This document shows positions 9,870 through 19,816 of a stretch of DNA of 64,000 nucleotides, in pieces. The notes under the pieces are model-generated. The model was not told the origin of the DNA. It saw only the letters and a list, made by a program, of their open reading frames with translations, and did not search any database. Positions within the stretch are counted from its first letter, which is position 1. Every line of letters begins with the position of its first letter. The position numbers and the translations under genes are program-made. Origin of the DNA: Candidatus Cloacimonadales bacterium (GTDB lineage: Bacteria; Cloacimonadota; Cloacimonadia; Cloacimonadales; JAFGVF01); contig OY762964.1 in the NCBI GenBank assembly GCA_963667035.1, positions 480,001-544,000 on the forward strand, written 5' to 3'.

Positions 9870-9896
9870 AAGGCTGTTGACTTGGTCAACAGCCTT
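9870..9896. terminator. Hairpin between convergent genes, probable bidirectional terminator
   Basis: 12-bp stem AAGGCTGTTGAC/GTCAACAGCCTT. Confidence 0.75.
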
Positions 9897-9902
9897 TATG
9901 TT

Positions 9903-10316
9903 TTACCATTCAATCGGTTCATCAATATTACTCCCTGAAGCCATGAATGTTACTTCATCGGGAATAATCTCAACTAATCCGAATCCGGGATGATCAGGAC
10001 TATCAAAATACCCGGAAATGAATGTAGCAATATTCCATATTGTTTTTCGATCTGCTTTATCATTGCTATATATAGCCTTACCCTTAACTCGGGCAAAACA
10101 TTCCTCGTTGTTTTGTTTCAAAGCGATACTCAAGGCTACTTTAGGATGATTGAGAATCTGTTTAGTTTTAGCATCTTCAATACCGGTAGCTAACCAGAAT
10201 CTATTTTCATGCTTTATGAGTATCATTGGACGTACTCTTGGATACTCTCCATCATAAGTTGCAAACCAGCAACGTTGCATTGGCTCAAACAATTGCAATA
10301 GCTCTTTTTTATTCAT
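9903..10316 (-). CDS. Pyridoxamine 5'-phosphate oxidase-like FMN-binding protein
   Basis: FATYDGEYPRVRPM, KTKQILNHPKV. Confidence 0.88.
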   Translation of the reverse strand: MNKKELLQLFEPMQRCWFATYDGEYPRVRPMILIKHENRFWLATGIEDAKTKQILNHPKVALSIALKQNNEECFARVKGKAIYSNDKADRKTIWNIATFISGYFDSPDHPGFGLVEIIPDEVTFMASGSNIDEPIEW

Positions 10317-10355
10317 TGAATCTCCTTTCTTTATATCATTTATTAATGTGCAGTT

Positions 10356-11156
10356 CTAAAACTTGTAGCTATCCCTGACAGTAGCAAATTTAATTATATT
10401 CCTTCTGAAGTTTGGAACAACCAAGGCATTATTTTTTTCAAAGTAGTAAATATCAGCAGGTCCATCTTGATGAGTTATGAACTTCAGTTTATTTTTAAAG
10501 CTCTTATCAAATACATAAACGGTACCATCCTCCCAGCATGATATATAGAAATAACCGTTCCGGTCTCTAGTTATACCATCAAGATATGAAAGCTTGGTTG
10601 TTGTAACTGTGCTCACTATTCCTGTATCTGTGTCTATGTAGTAGATAGGTGAATCAGTAGTATTACATACAACGTAAAGTCTTTGATCTTCCTCTGTATA
10701 GTATACCCCGTTGGGAGCAGTAATATCTTTAGTCAGTATCATACTATATCCGCTTCTTATATCTATTCGCAGTATATTGTCTTTCTCTGTGTCCGACACA
10801 TATAGATAGTTTTGATTATCCCAAACAATATCGTTTAGAAAACCAGAGTCTGGTATTAGTATTTGGACTTCCAGTTTAGAAGTATTGAGGTTTATACCAA
10901 ATACTCCTCCGTCTGCTGCACAATATAAAAGAGAATCAACTCTTGTTATGCCTCGTACTGATATTAAGTCTTGATTGAAAATCTCTTCATTTCCTTCCAT
11001 ATCTGATTTGATTATTGCACCGCCACTCTTGTTTGAGCTTAAAAAAGCATCCATCTCTTTAATATAAACAATGCTTTCTGGTAGTTTTAACAATGTTTCA
11101 ATTGAATTTAAACTACCTATTACAATACACAGTATTAGTAGGACTTTTAGTTTCAT
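10356..11156 (-). CDS. Secreted beta-propeller, SMP-30/gluconolactonase-like
   Basis: Signal peptide; PESI, FLNDI, LYVSDT, APNGV, LDGI, GPADI blade motifs. Confidence 0.75.
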   Translation of the reverse strand: MKLKVLLILCIVIGSLNSIETLLKLPESIVYIKEMDAFLSSNKSGGAIIKSDMEGNEEIFNQDLISVRGITRVDSLLYCAADGGVFGINLNTSKLEVQILIPDSGFLNDIVWDNQNYLYVSDTEKDNILRIDIRSGYSMILTKDITAPNGVYYTEEDQRLYVVCNTTDSPIYYIDTDTGIVSTVTTTKLSYLDGITRDRNGYFYISCWEDGTVYVFDKSFKNKLKFITHQDGPADIYYFEKNNALVVPNFRRNIIKFATVRDSYKF

Positions 11157-11163
11157 AGATAAC

Positions 11164-11946
11164 CTATCTTAGTGTTATTCTCTTACTTATTGTTTCATTT
11201 CCTGATTTAAGATTTAGGAGATAGATTCCCGAAGGTAATTTGTGACCTTTTGAATCAACTCCATTCCACACAAGTTTATCTGAGTCTATGATTTTTCTTT
11301 TATACAATAACTGACCTTTAACGTTGGTGACTGTTAATAAAGCATTCTTATTATCATTCTTGATAGAGATATTAAGAGGCTCGTTGTTCGAAAAGGGATT
11401 AGGATAACATTCCAATAACGAGGTTAGTTCTGACACGTTACCCGAATTGGAAGTAAGAGGGTTCATTACGATATTAACTCTTTCTGCATCATTAGAACCA
11501 ATAGTTATGTTTTCAATCGTGTAAGAATTGAAGTCGGGATGTGTCGTAGTTATTGAATAAGAACCTTGGGTAACTTCTAATGAGTAATCTCCATAGAAAT
11601 CGGTTGTAGCACTATCAATTCCATTGCTTACTGTTACCCCGTTTATTGCGAAGTTAGTTTCCGAATTGCAGACTCTACCAAAAATATAAGAACGACCGTC
11701 AGCTTCATAAATAGCAGACCTTGGACAGTTATGGAGGCAATCTCCACATCCGTCACAGAGATTCTGGTCTATTCGTAAGCACATTAACTCAACATCTGGT
11801 TGAATTGCTCCGGTGGGGCATGAATTCATGCAGCGACCGCACATATCACAGGCTGCAGGATTTATCTGAAAGTTTATTCTGCTGATTCCATGCAAAATAG
11901 CAGTAAAAACAACTATAAGAATAATGACTTTTACTATCCTTTTCAT
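11164..11946 (-). CDS. Secreted 2[4Fe-4S] ferredoxin + carboxypeptidase-regulatory-like domain + C-terminal sorting (T9SS-A/FlgD-Ig-like) domain
   Basis: MKRIVKVIILIVVFTAILHG signal; CDMCGRCMNSCP and CDGCGDCLHNCP; TTDFYGDYSL; YPNPF...WNGVDSKGHKLPSGIYLL. Confidence 0.8.
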   Translation of the reverse strand: MKRIVKVIILIVVFTAILHGISRINFQINPAACDMCGRCMNSCPTGAIQPDVELMCLRIDQNLCDGCGDCLHNCPRSAIYEADGRSYIFGRVCNSETNFAINGVTVSNGIDSATTDFYGDYSLEVTQGSYSITTTHPDFNSYTIENITIGSNDAERVNIVMNPLTSNSGNVSELTSLLECYPNPFSNNEPLNISIKNDNKNALLTVTNVKGQLLYKRKIIDSDKLVWNGVDSKGHKLPSGIYLLNLKSGNETISKRITLR

Positions 11947-12033
11947 AATCATCACCTTTATATTTATTGCGATCATTACAAATTAGATGAAGTTTGTGGT
12001 TCAAAGTCAAGTATAAACTTGTTTAAGAATTAG

Positions 12034-12948
12034 TTACATTTCTTTCTTAAGATAATCAGCTACTTGAAGAGCGGCTTGAGTATGACCATAGTGATTCCAG
12101 TGTTTATCATGTGAGAACTGCCATTCTTTGAGGTTGTTACATCTTAATTTAAGGCTTTTGAAATTAAACTCATTTGCTAAACTTTCATATCTACTATCTG
12201 TGTCCGGATGAAACACAAGAATTATTCTATCTAAATCAAAGTTTAGCTCAATATATTTCATCATTGAATATAGGTCTTCTTTATATTTTGAGAATTCATC
12301 TATCGGTTCGTTAGTATTATTTTCATTAGTTATGGGTCTATGTTTCCAGAATCTTAGATAACTGTAGTAAAGGAGTTTACTTGAATAAAGAATCTTTTTT
12401 AGTTGCGGAGATTTCAATTTAACTTCTGCAAGATCATTCGCTTTAGGATTATATTGTAATACATCTTTTTTTCTTCTAATTGTAGTTAAGCTTTCACTAA
12501 AATCTTTCTCTTCAACATATATTAGATGCTTATCGAATTTACATATCTCATTATCAATTTTTTCCGCTATTGCAAATGCTTCAATGAATGAGGCTCCAGA
12601 TCTACCTGCCTCAAAAAAACTTATCCACGAAAGCTCATTATCTAATATATATCCCTGATGAAATCTAATGGGATTCATTAAATTCTCAATGTAGGAATCA
12701 CCAATAATGGATACTTTTGTTTCTTTACTTAAATCAGATACTCCAGTCCATCCATATTTATTAACAACCCACTTTTCCTTTGCATTTTTAAAGTAGCCTG
12801 CTTGATTCGGGATATAGTCTTGAATGCCAGATGAATCTATTCTTCTCCTAGGAACATCCGAAGTAAGCCTGAAAACTCTTATGATAATCTCCGTAATTAA
12901 ACAAAATAGTAATGAAAAAAGTAAAAGTGTTCTTATAAATTTTATCAT
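12034..12948 (-). CDS. Membrane-anchored SGNH/AlgJ-like protein, partner of the MBOAT
   Basis: N-terminal TM, IIGDSY, DKHWNHYGH (DxHW); immediately downstream of the MBOAT gene. Confidence 0.7.
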   Translation of the reverse strand: MIKFIRTLLLFSLLFCLITEIIIRVFRLTSDVPRRRIDSSGIQDYIPNQAGYFKNAKEKWVVNKYGWTGVSDLSKETKVSIIGDSYIENLMNPIRFHQGYILDNELSWISFFEAGRSGASFIEAFAIAEKIDNEICKFDKHLIYVEEKDFSESLTTIRRKKDVLQYNPKANDLAEVKLKSPQLKKILYSSKLLYYSYLRFWKHRPITNENNTNEPIDEFSKYKEDLYSMMKYIELNFDLDRIILVFHPDTDSRYESLANEFNFKSLKLRCNNLKEWQFSHDKHWNHYGHTQAALQVADYLKKEM

Positions 12949-12956
12949 AATCAACC

Positions 12957-14396
12957 TTAAAATTGGAAATAAATGAATGCCTGTTCTTGACCGGTAAAAG
13001 CAAAGATTGCAAAAATAATGATGTAACTTACAATCCATCTTAAACTGTAATGAATTTTAGAAACACCTTCAATAGCAAACTCCTTCTCTCTTCCAATCCA
13101 TTCAATCAATGTAAAACAAACAAGAACAATTAATAATGGGTGAGAGTGCTCAGGAATAGTTGGTATACTTACAATCGAGGATGAAAATATTCTTGATAAG
13201 TATCCTAGGGCTATAGAAATACTTTCAGCTCTAAAAAAAATCCATGCAATAGTCACTAACATGAATGTGTTTAGAATCTGAAAGAATTCACGTATATCAG
13301 GCAGTATTTTGTTTTTAGCAACGACTTCGATGTACTTCCGATTATAACCAATCAACATTGATGGTAAAAAGTAGATAGCATGTAACAATCCCCATACTAT
13401 AAATGTCCAGTTAGCTCCATGCCAAAATCCACTAACAAGAAAAATAATGATTGTATTCCTAATCTTAGTAACCATTCTCCCTCTACTTCCTCCGAGGGGG
13501 ATATATAGATAATCTCTGAACCATGTAGAAAGTGAGATGTGCCATCTCCTCCAAAACTCTGCAATGTTCCTTGAAAAATATGGTGTGTTGAAGTTCCTCA
13601 TCAACTTAAATCCAAGTAATTTTGAGGAGCCTATGGCAATATCGGAATATCCTGAGAAATCACCGTAAATCTGAAAAGAAAAGAGAATAGCTCCTATCAG
13701 TAAGGTTGAACCTGATAGTGTTTGATATCGGGAGAAGATTTGATTTACTATTTCTGCACAATTATCTGCAATAACAACTTTTTTAAACAGTCCCCAAAGA
13801 ATTTGCCTTACACCATTTAACGAATTCTGATAGTCAAATACTCTTTTCTTACAAAATTGTGAAAGTAGGTTTGAAGCCCTTTCTATTGGACCTGCAACTA
13901 ACTGAGGAAAGAAACTAACAAAAGATAGGAATTCTATTAAGTTCTTATGAGGTTCTATACGCTTTCTAAATACATCTATCGAGTAGCTTAGAGTTTGAAA
14001 TGTGTAGAAGCTTATTCCAACAGGAAGTATTACATTGATTCTTTTTGAGGAGATTTCTTTCCCTAAAATCGAAAAAACACCATCGAAAGAATCAATAAAG
14101 AAATTGTAGTACTTGAAAACCATTAACAAACCGATATTAACAAAAATGCTAATAAATAAGTAAAACTTTCTTTTTCTCATATCGCTTTCTTGACCAAGTA
14201 GAAGTCCAATTGAATAATCAACAACTGAACTAAAAGCAATTAATGAAAGAAATCTATAGTCCCACCATCCATAAAATATGTAGCTAACAATCAAAAGCCA
14301 TATATTCTATAATTTATAGCTTTTCATTCCAAGAATCCAATAGATAGCGAACACTATAGGAAAGAAAATAGCATATTCCAAAGAGTTAAAAAACAA
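12957..14396 (-). pseudogene. MBOAT O-acyltransferase (AlgI/PatA-like) interrupted by an in-frame TAG at 14307..14309
   Basis: TTG 14396 with GGAGGG RBS gives MFFNSLEYAIFFP...SYKL*NIWLLIVSYIFYGWWD in frame with the 445-aa ORF; LPVGISFYTFQ, FWRRWHISLS, GFWHGA motifs. Confidence 0.8.
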
Positions 14397-14415
14397 TCAT
14401 CCCTCCAGTGTTAAC

Positions 14416-17115
14416 TCAATTCCTTAAGTAAACATCCACAATTTTATACATCTCTTTAGTGATAATCGGTTTTGTTAGGTATGCCGCAAAGTTTACGTTT
14501 TCAACAAACTCTCTATCCTCTTCGAGTGTATAGGCTGACTGAGCAATAATCTTTAACTCGGGTTTTACTTTATGCATTTCTTCAGCTGTTTCAGCTCCCG
14601 ATAGAACAGGCATTTGCAAATCCAAAAGAACAAGATCAATAAGAGATGAATTCTTTAATATTTCAATTGCTTCCATACCTGAATTCGCAGTAACAACAGA
14701 AGCTCCGTTTTTCTCCAGGAGTTTCTTTAGAAGGGTAGTAGTTGAACGGGTATCATCCACTACCATTATGGTTTTACCGTTCCAGTTAAATTCTCTTCCT
14801 GAGTTTGATTTAGTTTTGATACTATCTTTATTTTTATCTGTAATCTTCTTTTTTAAAGAAAAATAGAATGTAGACCCATTGTTGACTTCCGATTCCAGCC
14901 AAATTCTCCCCCCGAGAAGGTTAAGAATACTCTTTGTTAGGTAGAGACCTATTCCAAGACCGCTATATACTTTAGTGAGTGACATCTCGAGCTGGAAGAA
15001 CTTCTCAAAGATAGCTTTATGCATTGAACCGGGAATACCTATACCGGTATCTTTTACATAGAAGATAATTTCTGAATCATTCTCATCGAAATATCCGAAT
15101 TCTACTTCTCCGGTAGGAGTGAACTTTATAGCATTGGATGTTAAATATTGGAATATCTGAGTGATTCTTATTGAATCCGTGTATAAGGTTTTACTCTTCT
15201 CAGGATGCTTTCTAACATGAGATTTGATGTACGTTTTATCTAAATCGTTAGCGAGATTGTGGACACATTTATCCAAACTCTCAAGTATTTGGTTTACATT
15301 AACATCAGTTAGGTTTATATCGAATTGATTTGTTTCTATTCTGGAAATATCCATGATATCGCTAATCATCTGCAAGAGTTTCTGTGATGATTGATTCATA
15401 ATATCAATGTAATCTTCTTTTTCCTCATTATCCAACTCTGATTGTCCAAGCAGATTGGCAGAACCAATGATAGCATTCAAAGGAGTTCGTATCTCATGTG
15501 ATATGTTATTAATGAAGGCAGCTTTTAAACGATCACTTTCTTTGGCTTTCTCCAATGCTTTCTTTAACTCAAGTTCAGAATTCTTTGTTTTCGTTACATC
15601 ATGAGTCATTATCAATATGTATTCAACTTTACCTTTCTCAATAATTGGTATTTTGTTAGTATTTAAGAATCTGTTATTGAGATTAAGCATCTTGATTTTC
15701 TCTTCGCCAATTCTATAAGGTTTAGCTGTATTAAAAACAATTTCATCTGTAGAATCAAATAATGCTGTAAAATCAGGAGGAAAAATATCTTTATTTGTTC
15801 TGCCTATTGCTTCTTCTTTGGTAATACCTGTCAACCTTTCAGCTTCACTATTCCAAATCTCATATTTACCTGTATCAACTCTCTTAACAAAAATGGATAC
15901 GGGAAGATTATCGATCATTGTCTGCAAGAAAAGCTGATTCTCTCTTAACACTTTCTCTCGGAATTTCCTCTCAGTTATATCATGTATAATCAATAGTAAG
16001 TGTTTAGGTGAACCATCAGGATTTTTAATAAGTATTGACTTTGCTAACATATCTTGCCAGTAACCTTTCTGATGCCTAACCCTATACTCATAGCTGATTG
16101 AATCTTGTTTTGTTAAATCGTCTCTAATAGCTAAATAATAATCAAGGTCTTCGGGATGCACAAGTTCAAGAGCAGACATTCTATAGAATTGTTCTCTAGA
16201 ATAACCTAATGACTTATAATAAGCGGAATTTGACAGGATGATATTGTTTGCCATATCCTTGAGTACTATGCGCATATTAAGAGCTTCCAGAAGAGTTCTA
16301 TATCTGTTTTCACTCAAAGCAAGTTTGTTTTCATGTTCCTTCTCTATTGTTAAATCTACACAGATACCTATAATGAATTCTATTTCGTTGTTTCTTGATA
16401 GATTGGGTACTTTAATGATTTTTACTGACTTCTTTTCATTTCTTCTATTCCAAAATTTTTCTTCAAGAACAACAGAATCTTTTGACTTCAGGACTTCCAA
16501 ATCACCATCAATGTATGATTTGGCATCTTCGTCATTATAGATTTCAAAGTCTGTTTTACCGATAGCTTCTTCTCTTGGGATACCTGTCAATTCTGCCATT
16601 GCATGATTCCATGTGATATATCGGTGCTCTTTAGGATCTTTTGAGAAAACAGCAACAGGCAGAGAGTTAATAAGATTCTCAAGATACAATTTATAAAAGA
16701 AATCCTGATTACCTTCATAGTCACTGTTAAAATCAACTTCAATAGTATGTATTGCTTTCCCGCAAAAAATTACATTATCAATATCGGAATTGACTAGCTC
16801 TATCTTTGTCATGAATGATAGCCATTTCCCATCCGAGTTCTTTACTCTGAATTGTATGAAGGAGTTGTGACTTTGAAGGCGAGTAACTTCCCTGGAAGCT
16901 AATAATACATCATTCTCATAAATCACATCAACTTTATTGGGAAAATCAGGCTTGGAACACCCGTCATCAGAGATGATTACTCCTTTATAGCCTAACAAAT
17001 CTTGTAAATCGTTATTGAAATAAATTGTGCTATTGTTTCTGGTATAATACCAGACAAAATCCTTGCTCTGCAAAAAGCTATTTACTTCTTGTGGAAATGT
17101 ATTGTAGGTAGTCAT
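14416..17115 (-). CDS. Cytoplasmic multi-PAS hybrid sensor histidine kinase/response regulator
   Basis: Several PAS/PAC repeats, SHEIRTPLN H-box, NAIKFT, DTGIGI, receiver VLLDLQMP. Confidence 0.95.
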   Translation of the reverse strand: MTTYNTFPQEVNSFLQSKDFVWYYTRNNSTIYFNNDLQDLLGYKGVIISDDGCSKPDFPNKVDVIYENDVLLASREVTRLQSHNSFIQFRVKNSDGKWLSFMTKIELVNSDIDNVIFCGKAIHTIEVDFNSDYEGNQDFFYKLYLENLINSLPVAVFSKDPKEHRYITWNHAMAELTGIPREEAIGKTDFEIYNDEDAKSYIDGDLEVLKSKDSVVLEEKFWNRRNEKKSVKIIKVPNLSRNNEIEFIIGICVDLTIEKEHENKLALSENRYRTLLEALNMRIVLKDMANNIILSNSAYYKSLGYSREQFYRMSALELVHPEDLDYYLAIRDDLTKQDSISYEYRVRHQKGYWQDMLAKSILIKNPDGSPKHLLLIIHDITERKFREKVLRENQLFLQTMIDNLPVSIFVKRVDTGKYEIWNSEAERLTGITKEEAIGRTNKDIFPPDFTALFDSTDEIVFNTAKPYRIGEEKIKMLNLNNRFLNTNKIPIIEKGKVEYILIMTHDVTKTKNSELELKKALEKAKESDRLKAAFINNISHEIRTPLNAIIGSANLLGQSELDNEEKEDYIDIMNQSSQKLLQMISDIMDISRIETNQFDINLTDVNVNQILESLDKCVHNLANDLDKTYIKSHVRKHPEKSKTLYTDSIRITQIFQYLTSNAIKFTPTGEVEFGYFDENDSEIIFYVKDTGIGIPGSMHKAIFEKFFQLEMSLTKVYSGLGIGLYLTKSILNLLGGRIWLESEVNNGSTFYFSLKKKITDKNKDSIKTKSNSGREFNWNGKTIMVVDDTRSTTTLLKKLLEKNGASVVTANSGMEAIEILKNSSLIDLVLLDLQMPVLSGAETAEEMHKVKPELKIIAQSAYTLEEDREFVENVNFAAYLTKPIITKEMYKIVDVYLRN

Positions 17116-17154
17116 GAAAAGTCCTAAAGAGATTTACTAATAGAGTAGGGAAAG

Positions 17155-17180
17155 AGGAGCTTGTTTACTAACAAGCTCCT
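17155..17180 (-). terminator. Terminator-like hairpin after iorB
   Basis: 11-bp stem AGGAGCTTGTT/AACAAGCTCCT. Confidence 0.65.
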
Positions 17181-17187
17181 GATATAT

Positions 17188-17763
17188 TTATTTAGATGCA
17201 GCCTCACTTCCGGCTTTGAGAGCATTAAGGTTTAATTCTACAACCTTATCTCCTTTTGAACCGAAAATATCTTTAATCGCTGTAATGAGTTGTTCCATTG
17301 AGAAACAAGTCTTATCAGCAGCAGCTCCAACCATCACGATATTAGAGGCTAAAACATTACCAAGCTCTTTGGCAATATCTTCTGCGTCTATGAGAATGTG
17401 ATTCTTAACTTTTTTCACATCATTGTAGATAGTTTCTATCTCAGGATAGTTAGGGATGTTAACAAAAGGTTTTGAGTTTGTTATCAACCAACCGTCTTTT
17501 GATAATAAAGGAAGATATCTAAGTCCTTCCATAGGCTCAACAGATAAGATTATATCTGCTTCACCGTCAGGAATCAAGTCAGAATAGATTTCTTTATCAG
17601 AAATACGAAGATGTGACTGTACGTCTCCGCCACGTTGACTCATTCCGTGAACTTCCGCTTGTTTAAGGAAGAGGTTCTCTTTGATAGCAACTTGTCCGAA
17701 TACTTTTGCGATGGTAAGAATACCTTGTCCGCCAACACCGGCTAAAATAATATCTAATTTCAT
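17188..17763 (-). CDS. iorB: Indolepyruvate:ferredoxin oxidoreductase beta subunit
   Basis: GVGGQG, EVHGMSQRGG. Confidence 0.95.
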   Translation of the reverse strand: MKLDIILAGVGGQGILTIAKVFGQVAIKENLFLKQAEVHGMSQRGGDVQSHLRISDKEIYSDLIPDGEADIILSVEPMEGLRYLPLLSKDGWLITNSKPFVNIPNYPEIETIYNDVKKVKNHILIDAEDIAKELGNVLASNIVMVGAAADKTCFSMEQLITAIKDIFGSKGDKVVELNLNALKAGSEAASK

Positions 17764-17780
17764 TTATCTTACCTCCGTCT

Positions 17781-19391
17781 TTATTTCTTTTGAGCTTTCT
17801 TCTGAGCTCTCATTCTACGTGTCATTGTTTGGATGCATTCACGACGAGGGATAATCACGGATACACCTTCGTATGCAAATTCTTCTTTATAAACCTGTAT
17901 CATTTCTTCATGATGTCTCTTGAGAGGAGTTACGACTCTGATGTGGTCTTTCTCAACACCTAAACCGATACAGATATCTTCAAGTTTCTTCTCTGCTGTG
18001 TATGATTGACCACCGGTCATACCTGTTGTAGCGTTATCAAGAATAACAATAACTACGTTGGATTTATCATAGATACAATCAAGCAAACCTGTCATACCGC
18101 TATGTGAAAATGTTGAGTCACCTATAACAGCAACTGCAGGGAACAGACCTGCATCAGCAGCACCTTTAGCCATAGTGATTGATGCACCCATATCAAGACA
18201 TGTGTTAATTGAGTTATAAGGAGGCATAAATCCGAGAGTATAGCAACCTATATCTGAGAACACATGTCCGTCGCCATGCTCTTTTAAAGCTTCATTAAGA
18301 GTTGTGAATGAATCAATGTGAGGACAACCAACGCATAATGCAGGTGGTCTTCCTACGATGTCTTCTGGAATATCAAGTATTTCTTCTTTACCGAAACCAA
18401 GAGCTACGGCAACTTTATTAGGATCCATTTCTCCATCGCGAGAGAAAGTACCGTCAAGACGACCTTTAATTTTGTCGTTTCCTGAGATATAACCTTTAAG
18501 CATCTCTTCAACAACAGGCATACCGTCTTCTACAACGAGTATTTTGTCACATTCGTTATACATTCTTTCAACAAGCTTTCTGGGTAATGGATAATGACTG
18601 ATTTTTAAAATAGGGAAATTACATTCTCTGTTTACAAAGTTCTCCATTACATAGTTATAACCTAAACCACAAGCGATAATACCGAGTGATTTATCGGAAC
18701 CGTCTTTGTAGCTGTTGAATTGTGATTCTTCGGCAGCGGCTACAAGTTCTGATTGCAGGTTAAGAAGGTTCTTATATTTTCTACGTGAGAAAGCAGGTAA
18801 TAGCATGAATTGATTCTTGTCTTCAGGAAGTTGAAGTTTGTTCTCAGCAAGTCTTTCTCTTCTGATAACGCCTGCTCTGGAATGAGAAAGACGAGTTTCA
18901 AGTCTAATCATCACAGGAAGTTTGAATCTTTCAGATAACTCGAAAGCAAGGAAAGCCATATCATAGCATTCTTGCTGATTTGATGGCTCAAGACATGGAA
19001 TCATAGCGAATTTAGCGTAAAAACGTGAGTCTTGTTCGTTCTGTGAAGAGTGCATAGAAGGATCATCTGCAACTGCAACTATTAAACCACCGTTAGCTCC
19101 AACAAAGGCTGAATTCATAAATGGGTCTGCAGCTACATTCAATCCAACGTGCTTCATACATGTCATTGTACGCTTTCCGGCATAAGACATTCCAACAGCT
19201 TCTTCAACAGCTGTTTTTTCGTTTGAAGCCCAAGTTCTGTGAACATTACGCTCTGCTGCTTCTTTGTTATGTTGGATGTACTCCATTATTTCAGTGGATG
19301 GTGTTCCGGGATAGGCAAAACAACCTGACATTCCGGCGTCTAATGCACCTTGTGCCAATGCCTCATCTCCGAGTAACATCAATTTCTGCAT
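17781..19391 (-). CDS. iorA: Indolepyruvate:ferredoxin oxidoreductase alpha subunit
   Basis: YPGTPSTEI, MKHVGLNVA, SSQNEQD, CVGCPH, TPP motif GDSTF..N. Confidence 0.95.
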   Translation of the reverse strand: MQKLMLLGDEALAQGALDAGMSGCFAYPGTPSTEIMEYIQHNKEAAERNVHRTWASNEKTAVEEAVGMSYAGKRTMTCMKHVGLNVAADPFMNSAFVGANGGLIVAVADDPSMHSSQNEQDSRFYAKFAMIPCLEPSNQQECYDMAFLAFELSERFKLPVMIRLETRLSHSRAGVIRRERLAENKLQLPEDKNQFMLLPAFSRRKYKNLLNLQSELVAAAEESQFNSYKDGSDKSLGIIACGLGYNYVMENFVNRECNFPILKISHYPLPRKLVERMYNECDKILVVEDGMPVVEEMLKGYISGNDKIKGRLDGTFSRDGEMDPNKVAVALGFGKEEILDIPEDIVGRPPALCVGCPHIDSFTTLNEALKEHGDGHVFSDIGCYTLGFMPPYNSINTCLDMGASITMAKGAADAGLFPAVAVIGDSTFSHSGMTGLLDCIYDKSNVVIVILDNATTGMTGGQSYTAEKKLEDICIGLGVEKDHIRVVTPLKRHHEEMIQVYKEEFAYEGVSVIIPRRECIQTMTRRMRAQKKAQKK

Positions 19392-19685
19392 AGTATACTC
19401 CTTACTTATTTTATTGTAATTTATTCAAATAATCCACACTTGCTATTTTCAAGCAAGCATTTTTTGCATTGTTTAAATACTCTGTGTTATATAGTAAGTT
19501 ATAAGAACGAGTTGAAGTTACAGCTTTTTTTAATACTCCCTTTGTAACTATTAGACAAGCATGCTTTTTATAAGTGTAGTGGGAAGATAACACTTTATTA
19601 TTGATTTGCAATGTAACTTAATAGGTGTTACTTCTTTTGTATATGGCATGTAAAGACATGTTGGGAATTTGTCTACTTTATTCTT

Positions 19686-19800
19686 TACCGGATATGCGGA
19701 CATCACTTACCTGTCATTACGAAACCTATGGTAAAGTCCGGTTCGTATGTGTTGCAGGCAAGATGTCTACGAACAAAGAATGTCAGGACGTGCCTACCCT
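19686..19800. repeat. Degenerate REP-like hairpin cluster
   Basis: taccgga..gcggacatc ... gcaggcaagatgtctacgaacaaagaa..ggacgtgcctaccct, homologous to the 22263 and 24889 copies, with an internal insertion. Confidence 0.75.
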
Positions 19801-19816
19801 TCAATAATTATATTAT

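Noticed and set aside
9870..9896. Similarity of this hairpin (CTGTTGAC) to the IS1182 terminal repeat
   Set aside because: Only 8 bp match; its position between convergent genes explains it as a terminator
14307..14309. Pyrrolysine or stop-codon reassignment
   Set aside because: Single case; several genes in the window end in TAG and no pyl genes are seen
19411..19807. Short ORFs 19411..19611 and 19625..19807, and the many antisense ORFs inside valS, aspS, purA, nusA and the kinases
   Set aside because: No motifs or RBS; they overlap a repeat or well-supported genes on the opposite strand
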